From Lytechinus pictus (lineage: Eukaryota): a stretch of DNA of 64,000 nucleotides. The position numbers were made by a program, and so were the translations under genes. The stretch spans positions 40,798,001 to 40,862,000 of the forward strand of contig NC_087251.1 of NCBI RefSeq assembly GCF_037042905.1, read 5' to 3'. Below are positions 52,658-64,000 of this stretch, one piece after another. How positions within the stretch are numbered: the stretch's first letter is position 1; each line of letters starts with the position of its first letter. The notes beneath the pieces were generated by a model, which made no database searches, was not told the DNA's origin, and was given only the letters and a program-made list of their open reading frames with translations.

Positions 52658-53609
52658 CACTGCCCCTTCTCAGTTTTTTAATGTAGAATGTAACAGTGAA
52701 AATACTCTGGATAGGAAAGTTACCACTTTCTCACATTTGAAGCCAATCATAACATTTGGGGTACGTGGTAACAACAATTGTTATGATGTAGTGATTCTCA
52801 TATAACTTTTACTGCTAATCTTTTTATCCATATTTGCTGCTAAATTAGTAATAGATGATCACCCTTTTTTCCATCATTTATGATTTAATAGCAGCATGAA
52901 GAAAATTGTCTGTATTCATATATACTGTAGATCATGAACTCATTTTATGAGTAGATAGAAATGAAGGGGGCAAGGAACTCATCTCTTATCATTCAGTAAG
53001 ACAGAATACATACTTGTAACATATTTCTAAGAAAGTCCATTATTCTCTCTGTAACTCGAGATGAGAAGAAATGAGGAACGTGATGGTTGGGTGTTCATGA
53101 TAACAGCCGTCCCAACTGCTAGTTTCGTTATGATTAGCAGTCTTTTGAACAGTTTGAATCCTTCACTGATTGGATCTATCAATTGAGGTGATGCGTTGCC
53201 ATGGAGATGCATCAACTGAGTGTCCCATCTCACCTTGGTTCAATGCCTGAGTTCTCCTTCTCAACCTTCACATGGCTCCTATCTCCCTCATCACTATCAT
53301 CTGTTCTTATCAAATAGCATTACAAAAGAATACATATTGGCTTTCCTCGCTAATCTCACATCCATCTAATCTTGCTTCTATAATTTTTTCAAGTGGAATA
53401 TAACATTTTCTAAAGGAATACAGGGAATTATGCTGTTCATCTCTTTCCCAGAATATTTAGCCTTGCCACCCGTAAGCAGATATTAGGTAATGTCTTTGCC
53501 CGTAGCTCATGAATAACTGCCTGCTCTCAGAGAATTCTATATTGTAATGTATAGTCTATATCATTTTAGTGTACAAAACTTGTGTTATAAGTGTTTATTC
53601 ATCATTGTA

Positions 53610-53796
53610 CACTGAAAAAAAATGCTGTGTAAAATTTTAAGCACATGGTTTAAGCCCGTCAATGTAATACCCATTGTTAAAACTGTGAACGAGTTGTTTG
53701 AAAAGTTTAAAAAATTGTTTAAAAGTTTGAGCAATATTTGTTAGAGTGACAGGCTTAAACAACATGCTTAAAATTTTAACCAGCATTTGTACAGTG
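53610..53796. mobile_element. CACTG-ended MITE (CMC/EnSpm-like)
   Basis: CACTGAAAAAAAATGCTG..AAAATTTTAAGCA / TGCTTAAAATTTT..CAGCATTTGTACAGTG. Confidence 0.7.
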
Positions 53797-53975
53797 CATC
53801 TTCTCAAAGGGGTGGCCTAATAGATGAATAAAAGGCAAGTTGAATTAATCCTCTCATATGTTAACTAGTTGAGCACCTTGCTATGATGTCAATAAGTGTT
53901 TCATTCTAATCTCTTTGTACTTTGTTTGTAACATTTGTACAGACAACTATATAAAATGGGTCTGTGAGCACCAAA

Positions 53976-54510
53976 CCAGGGGGGGGGGGGGCACTTCCAT
54001 TGACAAGTGGATACCATGCGCGACCATGGGGTCCCAAAAAGCACCCTAAGCAAGTATTTTCCATATTCTGAAAATGCACCCCTTAACAAGTATTGGCGTG
54101 TGAAACCCTACCCTTAACAAGTATTGGAAACTAAACGATACCCTTGGCAAGTATGCCTGAACTGAATCCCTAAACAAGTACAGCGATATTTTAATGTCAC
54201 GGACGTCTGATTCACATTATTGGGCTTGGTACGGCCCCACCTCCCACACTTTGTACAAATCGGACTCTAAACACGTAGTGTACATTCTTTATATAATATT
54301 TTAGTCTTTTTACCCTCGCAAATTTGTCCCTAAACACGTAGCTTTCCTTGCGAAATAGATGCCCTTTTTCCATTATTTTAGTGTTTTTGGCACCCTTTTT
54401 ACGTTACATACGTAACATGCCATATCTTGAAAAAGACATCCTTTTTACATGTTTTTTTTAATGGTCACGCATGGTTTCCACTCGTCAATGTAAGTGCCCC
54501 CCCCCCCCGG
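53976..54510. mobile_element. Poly-G/poly-C-ended DNA element with 8-bp TSD
   Basis: CCAG(n)CACTTCCATTGAC / GTCAATGTAAGTGC(n)GG; flanks GCACCAAA / GCACCTAA; internal ACCCTAAAC subrepeats. Confidence 0.82.
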
Positions 54511-55116
54511 GCACCTAACCATAGGGGAGGTACCTTCAGAAGATAGTGATGGATGGCTTTAAATCGTTTACCCTTTGCCGGCATCTCCAGAGAAACATTT
54601 TATCTTTTCTTCAACACCTTCCTATTGGCACGTAGGACCAATCCAATCTCCTTGGTGGTCTGGTCGACTTTCCCCCTCCTACATCGGCAGAAAAACAATT
54701 TACAGTATCTCCCCTTGAGGGTTGGCAACCAGAAAGTTTGATTTGAAACTCTCCCTCTAATGTACTGCATCAGAGCTTGCCTGGTATAGTTTTATAAAGA
54801 CATGGGAGCTTTTCATGCGAGGGGATTATACAGTCTTCAGAATCATGAAAAGAACTGGAATAAATGTAGTAAAGTCACACCAGAAGGTATTCTCCTTCTC
54901 ATCCTCTGGTATTTGTGCTTATGAAGAATGTATGTGGAATATACAATGCATTACATTATTTGTTTCATAAACTTTCATGCCCCCTCCCCCCCCCCCCCCC
55001 GGGATATGTACCTGAATAGTATCAAATTCCTGTAAAAACAGATAATGGCAACGCATCACCTCAATTGATAGATCCAATCAGTGAAGGATTCAAACTGTTC
55101 AAAAGACTGCTAATCA

Positions 55117-55517
55117 CCCGGGGGGGGGGGGGGCAGTCAATTATATTGCTGTACACACGCATGACAACAACAAAAGCGTTTAAAAGGGTGTTTTTTTTTT
55201 CAGTTTTGGATGCGGTCCGCGCATGGACTCGTTAAGGGTATCAAAAACACTGATTTTCATGAAAAAGGGTGGTTTTTAAAGACTGGTCAATGGTCAATCG
55301 CATGGTCAAACGTATGTAGGGTGTGTTTTTTTTCCCAAGCTTTTTCCCCGAGGTCATATTTTGGCGACATCTTGTTTAGGGGCCAAAATATGTAAATAAA
55401 GCCTGCGAAAAACTTGTTCAGGGGTTTATTTTGCACACAGAGAAAAACTCGTTTAGGGGGTGTTTGGAAATTTCTTGGTCACGCGTGTGTACAGCAATAT
55501 ATTTGACTGCCCCCGGG
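55117..55517. mobile_element. Poly-G/poly-C-ended DNA element with 8-bp TSD
   Basis: CCCG(n)CAGTCAA(T/A)TATATTGCTGTACACACGC TIR, perfect TSD GCTAATCA, empty site visible in the 53-kb arm. Confidence 0.92.
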
Positions 55518-55665
55518 GCTAATCATAACGAAACTAGCAGTTGGGACGGCTGTTATCATGAACACACAACCATCACGTTCCTCATTTCTTTTCATCTCGA
55601 GTTACAGAGAGAATAATGGACTTTCTTAGAAATATGTTACAAGTATGTACTAGTATTCTGTCTTA

Positions 55666-55826
55666 TACCGTGGTCACATTTGTTCTAAGGCGGCCGTACG
55701 GCGAGTCGAAAACAGCCGTTTTATCAATTTTGATTCAAACCACCTATGTGTAGTTGGACAAAAAATGTTAAAACGGCTGTTTTCGACTCGCCGTACGGCC
55801 GCCGTAGAACAAATGTGACCATGGCA
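55666..55826. mobile_element. Tourist/Harbinger-like hairpin MITE
   Basis: ~58-bp near-perfect TIR, TTA TSD, empty site CAGTAAGACAG at ~52994. Confidence 0.92.
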
Positions 55827-57087
55827 TTACTGTTCCCTGCACCCTTCATTTCCATCTACTCATAAAAATGAGTTCATGATCTTTAATAAAGTATATATAA
55901 ATACAGACAATTTTCTTCATGCTGCTATTAAATCATAAATGATGGAAAAAAGGGTAATCGTCTATTACTAATTTAGCAGCAAATATGGATTAAAAAAATT
56001 AGCAGTAAGAGTTATATGAGAATCACTACATCATAACAATTGTTGTTACCAGTACCCCAAATGTTATGATTGGCTAAAAATGTTATTGGCTTTAAATATT
56101 CAACTCGATAGTGCAAATTATAAGCAGTCTTACTGTATCTTACTGTAACTTTAACAAAACAATTGTACTCACTGAGACATCCTTTTTCAAGAAAAGTGGC
56201 CTTAGGTTTTATAGGATTTCCAGCCATTTCTCTGTCTATCTATGAGGATAGAATGAGGAAGGGAATGTCTTTGAAAGAACCAAATGTAAACTTGGGATTT
56301 AGATATCAACCAGGGAGCATCTTGGGCATGAAGGTTTTGATAAAGAAATCCTCCTGGATTTAAGGTCCTCTTCACACGGACACACTGAACTCCTCTTTAA
56401 TTTTGTCAATTGGTTCCAATTATATAGAATTGCATTAGTCCAGGAGAGGAAAGTGATGTAGACCAAAGAGGTGGGGTAGTGGAAACGGTCCTGTATGTCT
56501 TGGGGGCCATCCTTGGTACATGGCATGGTAAGCAGGGTTCATTGTCAGGGGCTCTGGGTCCATGTGTTTGTTGTTTACAACCAAATCTCCAACCTTCATC
56601 GCTGATCCTTCCTACTCAACAACAAAAAGACACAGATAAACTCTCCATAAATTGTTTGTGGAATCTCAAAATTTCCAGTGCTGCAAAAGTCATCATGATC
56701 AATGCCATCGTGTGGGACCATGCTCTGTAAAAAAAAAAAATCGTGCTGAACTGTCTATGTGCCGGTTATGAACAATGCCTAAACGTATAAAATCTGATGA
56801 TGTTATGGAAAAGAAGAAAAATAAGTAGTACTGCTCTCAGGATCAGTCTGTATGGCATTTTGATGCCAGTTGACCATTTTCAAAGGCATTGTCAGAAGTT
56901 TATTCAATAAATTGAGCATTTTGATGATTTAGATGAATAGTGTGATATACTGGAACCTACAATCTGAAACCCAAGCAAGTTCAAAATCGCTGAAGCAGAT
57001 GAGCACTTGTGGATTCATCTAAATAATAATTTCTTAGAGACATATAATACCATAGTCTCTCTGCATGTGGAATAGTTACGGGATTAA

Positions 57088-57758
57088 AGGGATGCTCCAG
57101 GCTGAAGATATTTAGATTTCAATAAATTGAGTAAAATGCACAGAGCAAAATGCTGAAAATTTGATCTGAAAACAAATAACAAAGTTATTGCATTTTAAAG
57201 GTTGGCATTATTCCGGTGAAACAGTTCTAGGCATGTCTTCATGAATATTCATTAGGTGGGCTGATGATGTCATATCCCCACTTGTTCTTTTGTATGTTAT
57301 TCAATGAAATTAGGTTTATTCAAAAATTTTCTACCAACTACAAAAATAATTGGATTGACAACTGATTAAGTGCATTATTTTATTGCTGCAACTTATTTCA
57401 TCATAATGGTGGCTGTCATGACAAAACCATTAAGGGTTTTTATACAACCATTATTCCATTTATATTGAATGGATTAAAATCATATTGAATAATGGAGACA
57501 CATCATTTACACATGTATGAAAAAATGAAACAATTATGATTTCATGTAATAACATAAGAAAAAGGAATGTGGGGATGTGACATCATCAGCCCACCTAATG
57601 AATATTCATGACGACGTGCATATAACTGTTTTTACAAAATATTGCTATACTTTAAAATTCAATAATTTCATTATTTGTTATCCGATTTTGATGAAATTTT
57701 CAGCATTTTGCTCTGTGAATTTTACTCTATTTATTTAGATAGAAATATTCTCATCCCT
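57088..57758. mobile_element. Kolobok-like MITE, family B, opposite orientation
   Basis: TTAA|AGGGATGCTCCAGGCTG..CATCCCT|TTGA; reverse-complement match to 31259-31863. Confidence 0.85.
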
Positions 57759-59214
57759 TTGATACAAGCACTTTTTAAAAAGATATGCTTTAGATACAGA
57801 TTCGCATCAGTCAAAATTTGTTATTGATCTGATATAATGAAGTAGGTTTACCCACAATTGTGCCATTTTCCCCAAAATTGACCTGTCTACCGGACAGTAT
57901 GTCATGGTTTCTTTACTTGTTTGCTGCTGTAATCATTTAGCAGTTGAATTTATATGTATATGTACAAACACCTTATGTGGGTTTTTTATTTTAATTCTGG
58001 GATTTATGTCTGATAACTTCATATTGAGCTTCATATTTGAATTGAAGCGGTAAAAAAATTGGGAGATAGTACATTCACTGGAAGAGCATGTTTGAGTTTC
58101 CTTGGTTTAGAAAAAAAAAACTTCACACAAAACTTTGACTATGACACCTGACTTGAGCAGACTAAACAGGTACAGTGTAAAATATGATCATAAAGTGTTG
58201 TGATAGAGGTATGATAATAATACAAAACATTTATAGGGCGCTTAATACGGGCGTTTCTAAGCGCGCTTCAATGGGCATAATAACACAAAGTCTGACAAAA
58301 ATCATTAAGAGATTTAATATAATAATGATGTAGGCCCCTTGTTTCAAGATATCAGAAGGCATGGAGAAAAGTTGGCAACCATCTGTTTCTAATCGCTTTC
58401 ACATGTTACTTTCCAACCTGGTACAAGGAATCTAATTTTTTCACACCACCCCTCTCTCTCCATATAACAGAGAGGTAGTGGTTCTTCCTACTCTCAGCAG
58501 ACTTCAACATACAAGTGAATGTCACTTTGGCAGAGATCCCAGAATTCAATCAATTTTTAACAATTTCTGACAACAGTGGAATATAAAGTGGAGTAAAGAC
58601 CACCCCTCCATCCCTGAAGTCAGACGTCAGGAGTTTAAGTGAAAGTTTGTGTCTATGTCAGAGCCAGATGGTTCGGGTCAGCCATTGTTTATAAATGCAC
58701 TCATTTATCCATAGCAACCATTTACACTGGTAAATGGTTAATGAGAGGCCTTACCCCCCCCCCCCCCAAATCCCATCCTAAAACTTTATCTGAAGATCGT
58801 GTGATATTATAAACTGTCACCATTCTGAACATCTGCCTTTACCGGTCCTGATTTATTAGATGGCCTTACTCGATTGCATCCAATCTGTTATATTCACGTT
58901 TCAATTTTACATAAATTAATTCTGGGAAGCATGTTATGAAGAATCTTTGTCAGTGGTTTTACAGACCAAGTTGTTCTCAGCCGATAAGATTTGAGGATTC
59001 CTTATAGTTTATAACATTCGACAGTGAATGTCACTGATAAATCTCTTCATGAAATGCTCTTTGGAGTTGAGGAAGGGAATAAGTATATTACCAAAACAAC
59101 TTTATTTCAGTCATCAACCATTCATCTGAAATTCTCTAAATCTTTGTTTGACTTCAGTAGTAATTCTTGGTTTTTTTTTTCAAAATAAAAGAGACAGTGT
59201 TTATGACTACATCT

Positions 59215-59463
59215 CAGTGGTGTACAGATGGGGGCACTTCCCCCCACAAAAAAAAAAAATAATAATAATAATGATAAAAATTCACAACAAAGGAAAAAAA
59301 TAGAAAAGGAAATAAATGGAAAGAGAGGAGGGTGAAATCTATTATTTCTGAATATTATGTCAAGATCTTATCGCAAAATTTGATTTTTGTAATAAAATGT
59401 TGACAATTTTGCCCGACACAATATATCTGGTCCTCTCAAAATGTTTGGCTCATTACGCCACTG
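59215..59463. mobile_element. hAT-like MITE
   Basis: CAGTGGTGTA..TACGCCACTG termini with perfect 8-bp TSD CTACATCT. Confidence 0.88.
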
Positions 59464-59601
59464 CTACATCTAGTTCAATTTTTGGTATAAATCGAGTTTG
59501 TGACACATTCAAACCAACAATATGGGAGAGCTGATCTCGAAATTGTAGCAATAGCAGCAAAAAGTAATCTGTCTCAGCTTTTATTACACAATACTAATCT
59601 T

Positions 59602-59759
59602 GGGAGCGTTTCATGAAAGGACTTGTCAGACATTTTATCCGACAAGTCCCATTTTATCCAACAGTTATCATAGTAACAGTGCTTCTCAGCCAATCAAAAT
59701 CCAGAAAAGTTGTCAGATCTGACAACTTGTCGGACAAAGATGTTGATGAAACGCCCCCC
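59602..59759. mobile_element. Small MITE, inverse of 32629-32776
   Basis: GGGAGCGTTTCATGA..TGATGAAACGCCCCC. Confidence 0.8.
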
Positions 59760-59864
59760 AGATGTCAATCTATCAAGGAGATGTAGGGTTTTCTGGCTAA
59801 AAATTGTCCACTTCTCAGAAATTCTTCCTAACAAGATTCGAGATGAATTATTTCAGCGATGCAA

Positions 59865-59988
59865 TTTCTCTTAAAATGCTTTTATTACCATAATTGTAAC
59901 TAGATATTCTGTTTATCTATTTGATTTTTCTCTTAAATTGCTTTTATTACCATAATTGTAACTAGATATTCTGTTTATCTATTTGATT
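59865..59988. repeat. 62-bp direct tandem duplication
   Basis: TTTCTCTTAAA(A/T)TGCTTTTATTACC..CTATTTGATT occurs twice. Confidence 0.92.
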
Positions 59989-60792
59989 GTTAATACAATA
60001 ACTAACCTTCGAATATAAGTTGGATTATACTACAGTACCAGTATCATCAATCAAAAATCCAATCCTTTTTGTATTGTTATATGACTGTGACGTCAATACT
60101 ATCAAGGGAAACGCATTTGATAATTATCTAATTAATTGATAACGAAAATTCTCTATTTATATTGATTCTAAATTTAGCAATACCTGTTTACCAGTAATAT
60201 ATATTTATCCTATAATTGATTCAATATTTGTAATGCATGCTAAATATAAACTCTAAATCGTAAAATTTGACAGTGTAACCTGGCCTTCAACTCGGAGCTA
60301 TTAAATTAGCGATGTATGCCTTCAATAAGTAACTAGTAAGGGCTACATCTGTGTATAGATTTATGAATCTCTGAATCTTTTTTTCTTTATAATGTCAATT
60401 ACTTACTTTATTTATCTTATGCAGCTTCTTTTCTTTGGAACAATCTCCCCCTACAAATTCCCACTTGAGGCTAATTGTGTTAATACATTTAAAGTTATGC
60501 TTAAAACTCATCTTTTTAAATCTGAAATTGATCATATCATATGTTTATTGGCCCATTTGATGGTATTTCTTTATTCATGATCTGGTGAGAAAAAGTTGTA
60601 AATTGTAATATTAGTTTTGATACATTTTGTTGTGCAAAGTATTTCTATTTCCTTTATACTTCATATTTCCTTTCTCTTACCCCTTAGAGGCAATTTGCGA
60701 ATTTGCTGTATATAAAATTGTTATTATTATTATTATTTATTTCTCCAAATTAGAATTTATACACCAGTATCTCAACATTTGTACCAGTCCAG

Positions 60793-60964
60793 GGGGCCGT
60801 TTCATAAAGCTGTTCGTAAGTAAAGAGGGACTTTAAGAACGACTGGTGAACCCTTCTTACACACTAAACCATTGCCAATTCAATATACCATTTACAACAA
60901 GAAAGGATCACCAGTCGTTCTTTAAGTCACTCTTAACTTACGAATAGCTTTATGAAACACCCAC
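60793..60964. mobile_element. Small palindromic MITE, same family as 7496-7654
   Basis: Same TIRs; CAG/CGG flanks. Confidence 0.88.
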
Positions 60965-61138
60965 CGGCTGCCACTAATATCCTCTTTGGAGGGTCAATTA
61001 AAAATAATGGTAATGATATGTAAGGGTATGACGAGTTTATCATTTGAATTTATCAATCCATCAAATTTGAATCATTTGAATGAGCTTTTTCCTGTTGTTA
61101 CGACTAAAAAAGGATTATATTCATTTTTTGTTTTTCAG

Positions 61139-61308
61139 ATTGCCCAAGCTCATACCAATGCATCAGCGTTACGGGATGCTATCCATAGGAGTTCATCAGC
61201 ATCATCGATCAACAATAATTCATCATCTTCATCTCCTAACCGCCAACCACGTCCGCCTCCGCAGTCTGCTAACGCCCGTAAACCAATCAGCACCAAGCGT
61301 CTAGCGAG
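61139..61308 (+). CDS. TTLL5: TTLL5 near-terminal exon (IAQAHTNASAL..QPRPPPQSANARKPISTKRLA)
   Basis: Strong ttttttgtttttcag acceptor, AG|gtataa donor. Phase 0 start fits the previous exon across a 25.7-kb intron; PRPPP resembles TTLL5 PKPPP. Confidence 0.82.
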
Positions 61309-61568
61309 GTATAAAAAATATCCAGTTATGAATCAAACAAAACAACCGTCATGTATCAAATTCACTAACTTGGTGTTGCCCTTCAAATGTAGAGAGTCTA
61401 TGAAGTTATCTATTGATCTATAGATATATTTATAAGAGCTTTGATCGCATCTTTTACTCATGTTTTGTGATATTCTATTTCATTGACAATCAATCCAAAC
61501 TTTGAAAATAAGTAATCTTTAGATATAACAGTACTTAATGTTTTCTTCAAGATACTTTTTTGTGACTA

Positions 61569-62153
61569 AGTAACTGTAAGTCACTTTTCAACCCAACTTA
61601 GATGGTAGATTTACTTAAATGTAGGGGACCTGCATGTTATGTTGCAGTTGGAGGTCACATGGTAAGGTCAAAGGTCATTTTAAGGTCAACGTTATAGTTT
61701 ACATGCAAGACTCTTATGACACATACCTCTGCAACCATAAGTCACTTTTCAACCAAACTTAGATGGTAGATGTACTGAGGAGACCTGCATGTTATGCTGC
61801 AGTTGGAGGTCACATGGTAAGGTCAAAGGTCATTTTCAGGTCAATGTTAAAGTTTACATGCAAGACTCTCTTATGACCTACAACTCCGCAACCAAAAAAT
61901 CACATTTCACCCAAACTTGGGTTGTTGATGTACTGAGGGGACCTGCATTGTGTTCAGAGGTCACATGGTAAAGGTCAAAGGTCATTTTGAGGTCAACATT
62001 AAAGTTTACATGCAAGACTCTTACGACAAATGTTATTCCATCCCAGTTATTTTACAATGAACTTTTGATACAATTCTGTTGGGTGCCCTTGCAAATCACG
62101 ATATTTCTGGTCATTTTCACAAGTGGGCGAGACACAACATCGCTTATAACTTG
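61569..62153 (+). mobile_element. 5'-truncated Helentron-type element with ~155-bp tandem repeats
   Basis: Three units with GAGGTCACATGGTAAGGTCAAAGGTCA; 3' GGGCGAGAC..CTTGTT end like the other two elements. Confidence 0.7.
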
Positions 62154-62795
62154 TTTTTAATAGTTTCTCCAGGTAATTGAGTTTAAAAATAAAAACCTCT
62201 TAAATCAATGAGGCATTCTGTTTCCAAGAAATTTTTTTTTTCAATGTAATTGGAAAAATTAACATCATCCAAGTTATCCTATATTATCACTATGAATATT
62301 GAACTCTAGTTTGCAACATTTAGAAATGGAAGAGTAATCATGTTGGAAAAACAATATCATGACAATGATTCTGTATAGGATACATTATTGTCTTCGGGAA
62401 GGACATCAAGGTGAATGATCACTTAATGATTCTTGAAAATATATATTTTAATATTATTAGTATGAACTATTATATTATGTTAAAGGTGGCATATCATCAT
62501 AAAAAGTAATGAATTATGACTATGAAACCTCATGGTCAAGGTTGATTGTCATACATGTATGAATCAAATGAAAATCAACTAATGTTTGATTTGAAGTTGA
62601 TTAATGTAAGACATGTGACTGGTTAACATGGATCGAAAAACATAAGGTAATAAATTGGCTTAGAAAAGCTGAGACAGAGTAAGAAGTGCTTAGATTACAG
62701 ACCACATACCACTTGTTAATTGCCCTTGAAATTGAGTCTCTGCTAGGCATTCATGGAGGATAAAGTATTCTTTAACCTTCTCACTTATTTTCAAG

Positions 62796-63162
62796 AGGTG
62801 TATTCAGACAGACTCGATCACCAGAATGCTTGCTAAATTACAAGAATTTGTTCATGCCTCAAAATTCCCTGTAAATCATTTTCTGCATTCACACCGACCT
62901 CAAAGTTATGAGCATTCGCAGTTTGGTCTGATTAGCAGGTAAGGCGTTTGCACCTTAGTGATCCCTGGATTAAGAAGTTTTCATAATTTTGGCAAGTACC
63001 TGCTATTTAGCAGGTATTTTCTTTCGGGAATATTACAGTTATTTTGCTTCCACATTTGCAAAAATACCTGGTACTTATTTTCTGATCAGGGTAGATCAGG
63101 GTAAATTTCCTGATCAGAGAATACCTGGTATTCTCAAACTTTGATGTGGTTTGAATACGCCT
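62796..63162 (+). mobile_element. Harbinger-like MITE, family D
   Basis: AGGTGTATTCAGAC..GTTTGAATACGCCT; AAG/TAG flanks. Confidence 0.78.
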
Positions 63163-64000
63163 TAGGAGTTGCAAGGCGACAAGAGGGTTATTCTCTTGAC
63201 ATAGTTTTGTTGGTATCCCATTTCTCTGGCAAGAACAGCTGAGCTTTAACAAACCTATCAGTTCTTACTGCATCATCAATCAAATTCACATATTTGTCAA
63301 CATTTCCCTCATTTGATACAGCCACTTGATATTGATGTGTGTTTATGGAAGCTAAAGAGCTACATTTCAAATGTATTAAGTAAAGGGACTTCAGAATACC
63401 ACACTTAAGTGTAAGAATTTCAGCTGGAAAAATCACCCATGTTGCCACAAACGCCTTATACTTTTGAATCTTCATACACGCACAAGCAATCAATATCTTT
63501 CTTTAAAAAATCTAAAGGCATAAATAAGAAACCTTAAAAACAATAGTAAGTCTTTGAGTTATCTTTTCAACTGTTTTTGGGCAATTCCATAACACATGAA
63601 TGGCTCTATTTCAAAACTTTTTTAAAATTAGAATTATGCAGGAAGGGTTATCATCAATCATTTAGATTTTGTTCCTTCGATCATGACTCTGTTCAGGAGT
63701 ACATGAAAACAGTAGGGAAAATCGGATAGCATATAATCAAAATGAAATTTAATTGGAGATACTTGGTAATTATCAAGTCTTTTTTTTATTATTTGTTTAG
63801 TTGGATATTATCAAATCTAAAATAAGTCAGGGAATTCAGATTTATAAATTGATTCCTTTACCGTGGCTGTCTGTGTAAATCCTTCCAACTAAGGAATTGT
63901 CAGTTGCCATCATGTAAAATGTTCATATCAAAATGAAAATATTATTTGGTGCTTCTATTCCTCAGAACCTGTATACTGTCATGTCAAACCTACCTTCATT

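Larger units (their letters stand above)
52741..56075. repeat. Local inverted duplication (52741-53202 vs 55045-56075)
   Basis: ~460 bp of otherwise unique-looking sequence repeated in reverse complement; the right arm is split by two insertions. Confidence 0.9.

Noticed and set aside
61309..64000. Final TTLL5 coding exon
   Set aside because: No convincing phase-2 acceptor with a coding-like frame found; it probably lies beyond the window.

Overview
AT-rich animal genomic DNA. The repeat landscape suggests an echinoderm, probably a sea urchin (inference). The window lies inside one intron-rich + strand gene. Eleven GT-AG exons with mutually consistent phases (2011-2168, 2772-3261, 4648-4768, 5208-5354, 7274-7398, 8776-9086, 11113-11184, 19551-19781, 20303-20374, 34604-35403, 61139-61308) splice into the C-terminal, non-catalytic half of tubulin polyglutamylase TTLL5. 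Diagnostic peptides are LSKLQARNAFATYL, LVLRFLKRAASNLQ...RRRILAKQLVDF, ELEELLTTYTKQNKSASIFLGT, RPYSAKAG and LQRLAKRQAARQYS. The catalytic domain lies upstream of the window and I could not locate the final exon inside it. The introns, up to 25.7 kb, are packed with non-autonomous transposons, often nested: Kolobok-like (TTAA), PIF/Harbinger-like (3-bp TSD), hAT-like (8-bp TSD), a Sola2-like 1.2-kb foldback, Helentron-type tandem-repeat elements and tRNA-derived SINEs, plus microsatellites. I found no intact transposase and no clearly new multi-gene system. The most interesting observations are: MITE copies whose core is inverted relative to asymmetric termini; RFX X-boxes, some MITE-borne, in a cilia-related gene; a deleted transposon keeping a SAP-domain gene fragment; a local inverted duplication giving empty-site controls for two insertions; and a SINE with swapped 3' tails. 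Superfamily names come from terminus and TSD patterns only; no database search was run.
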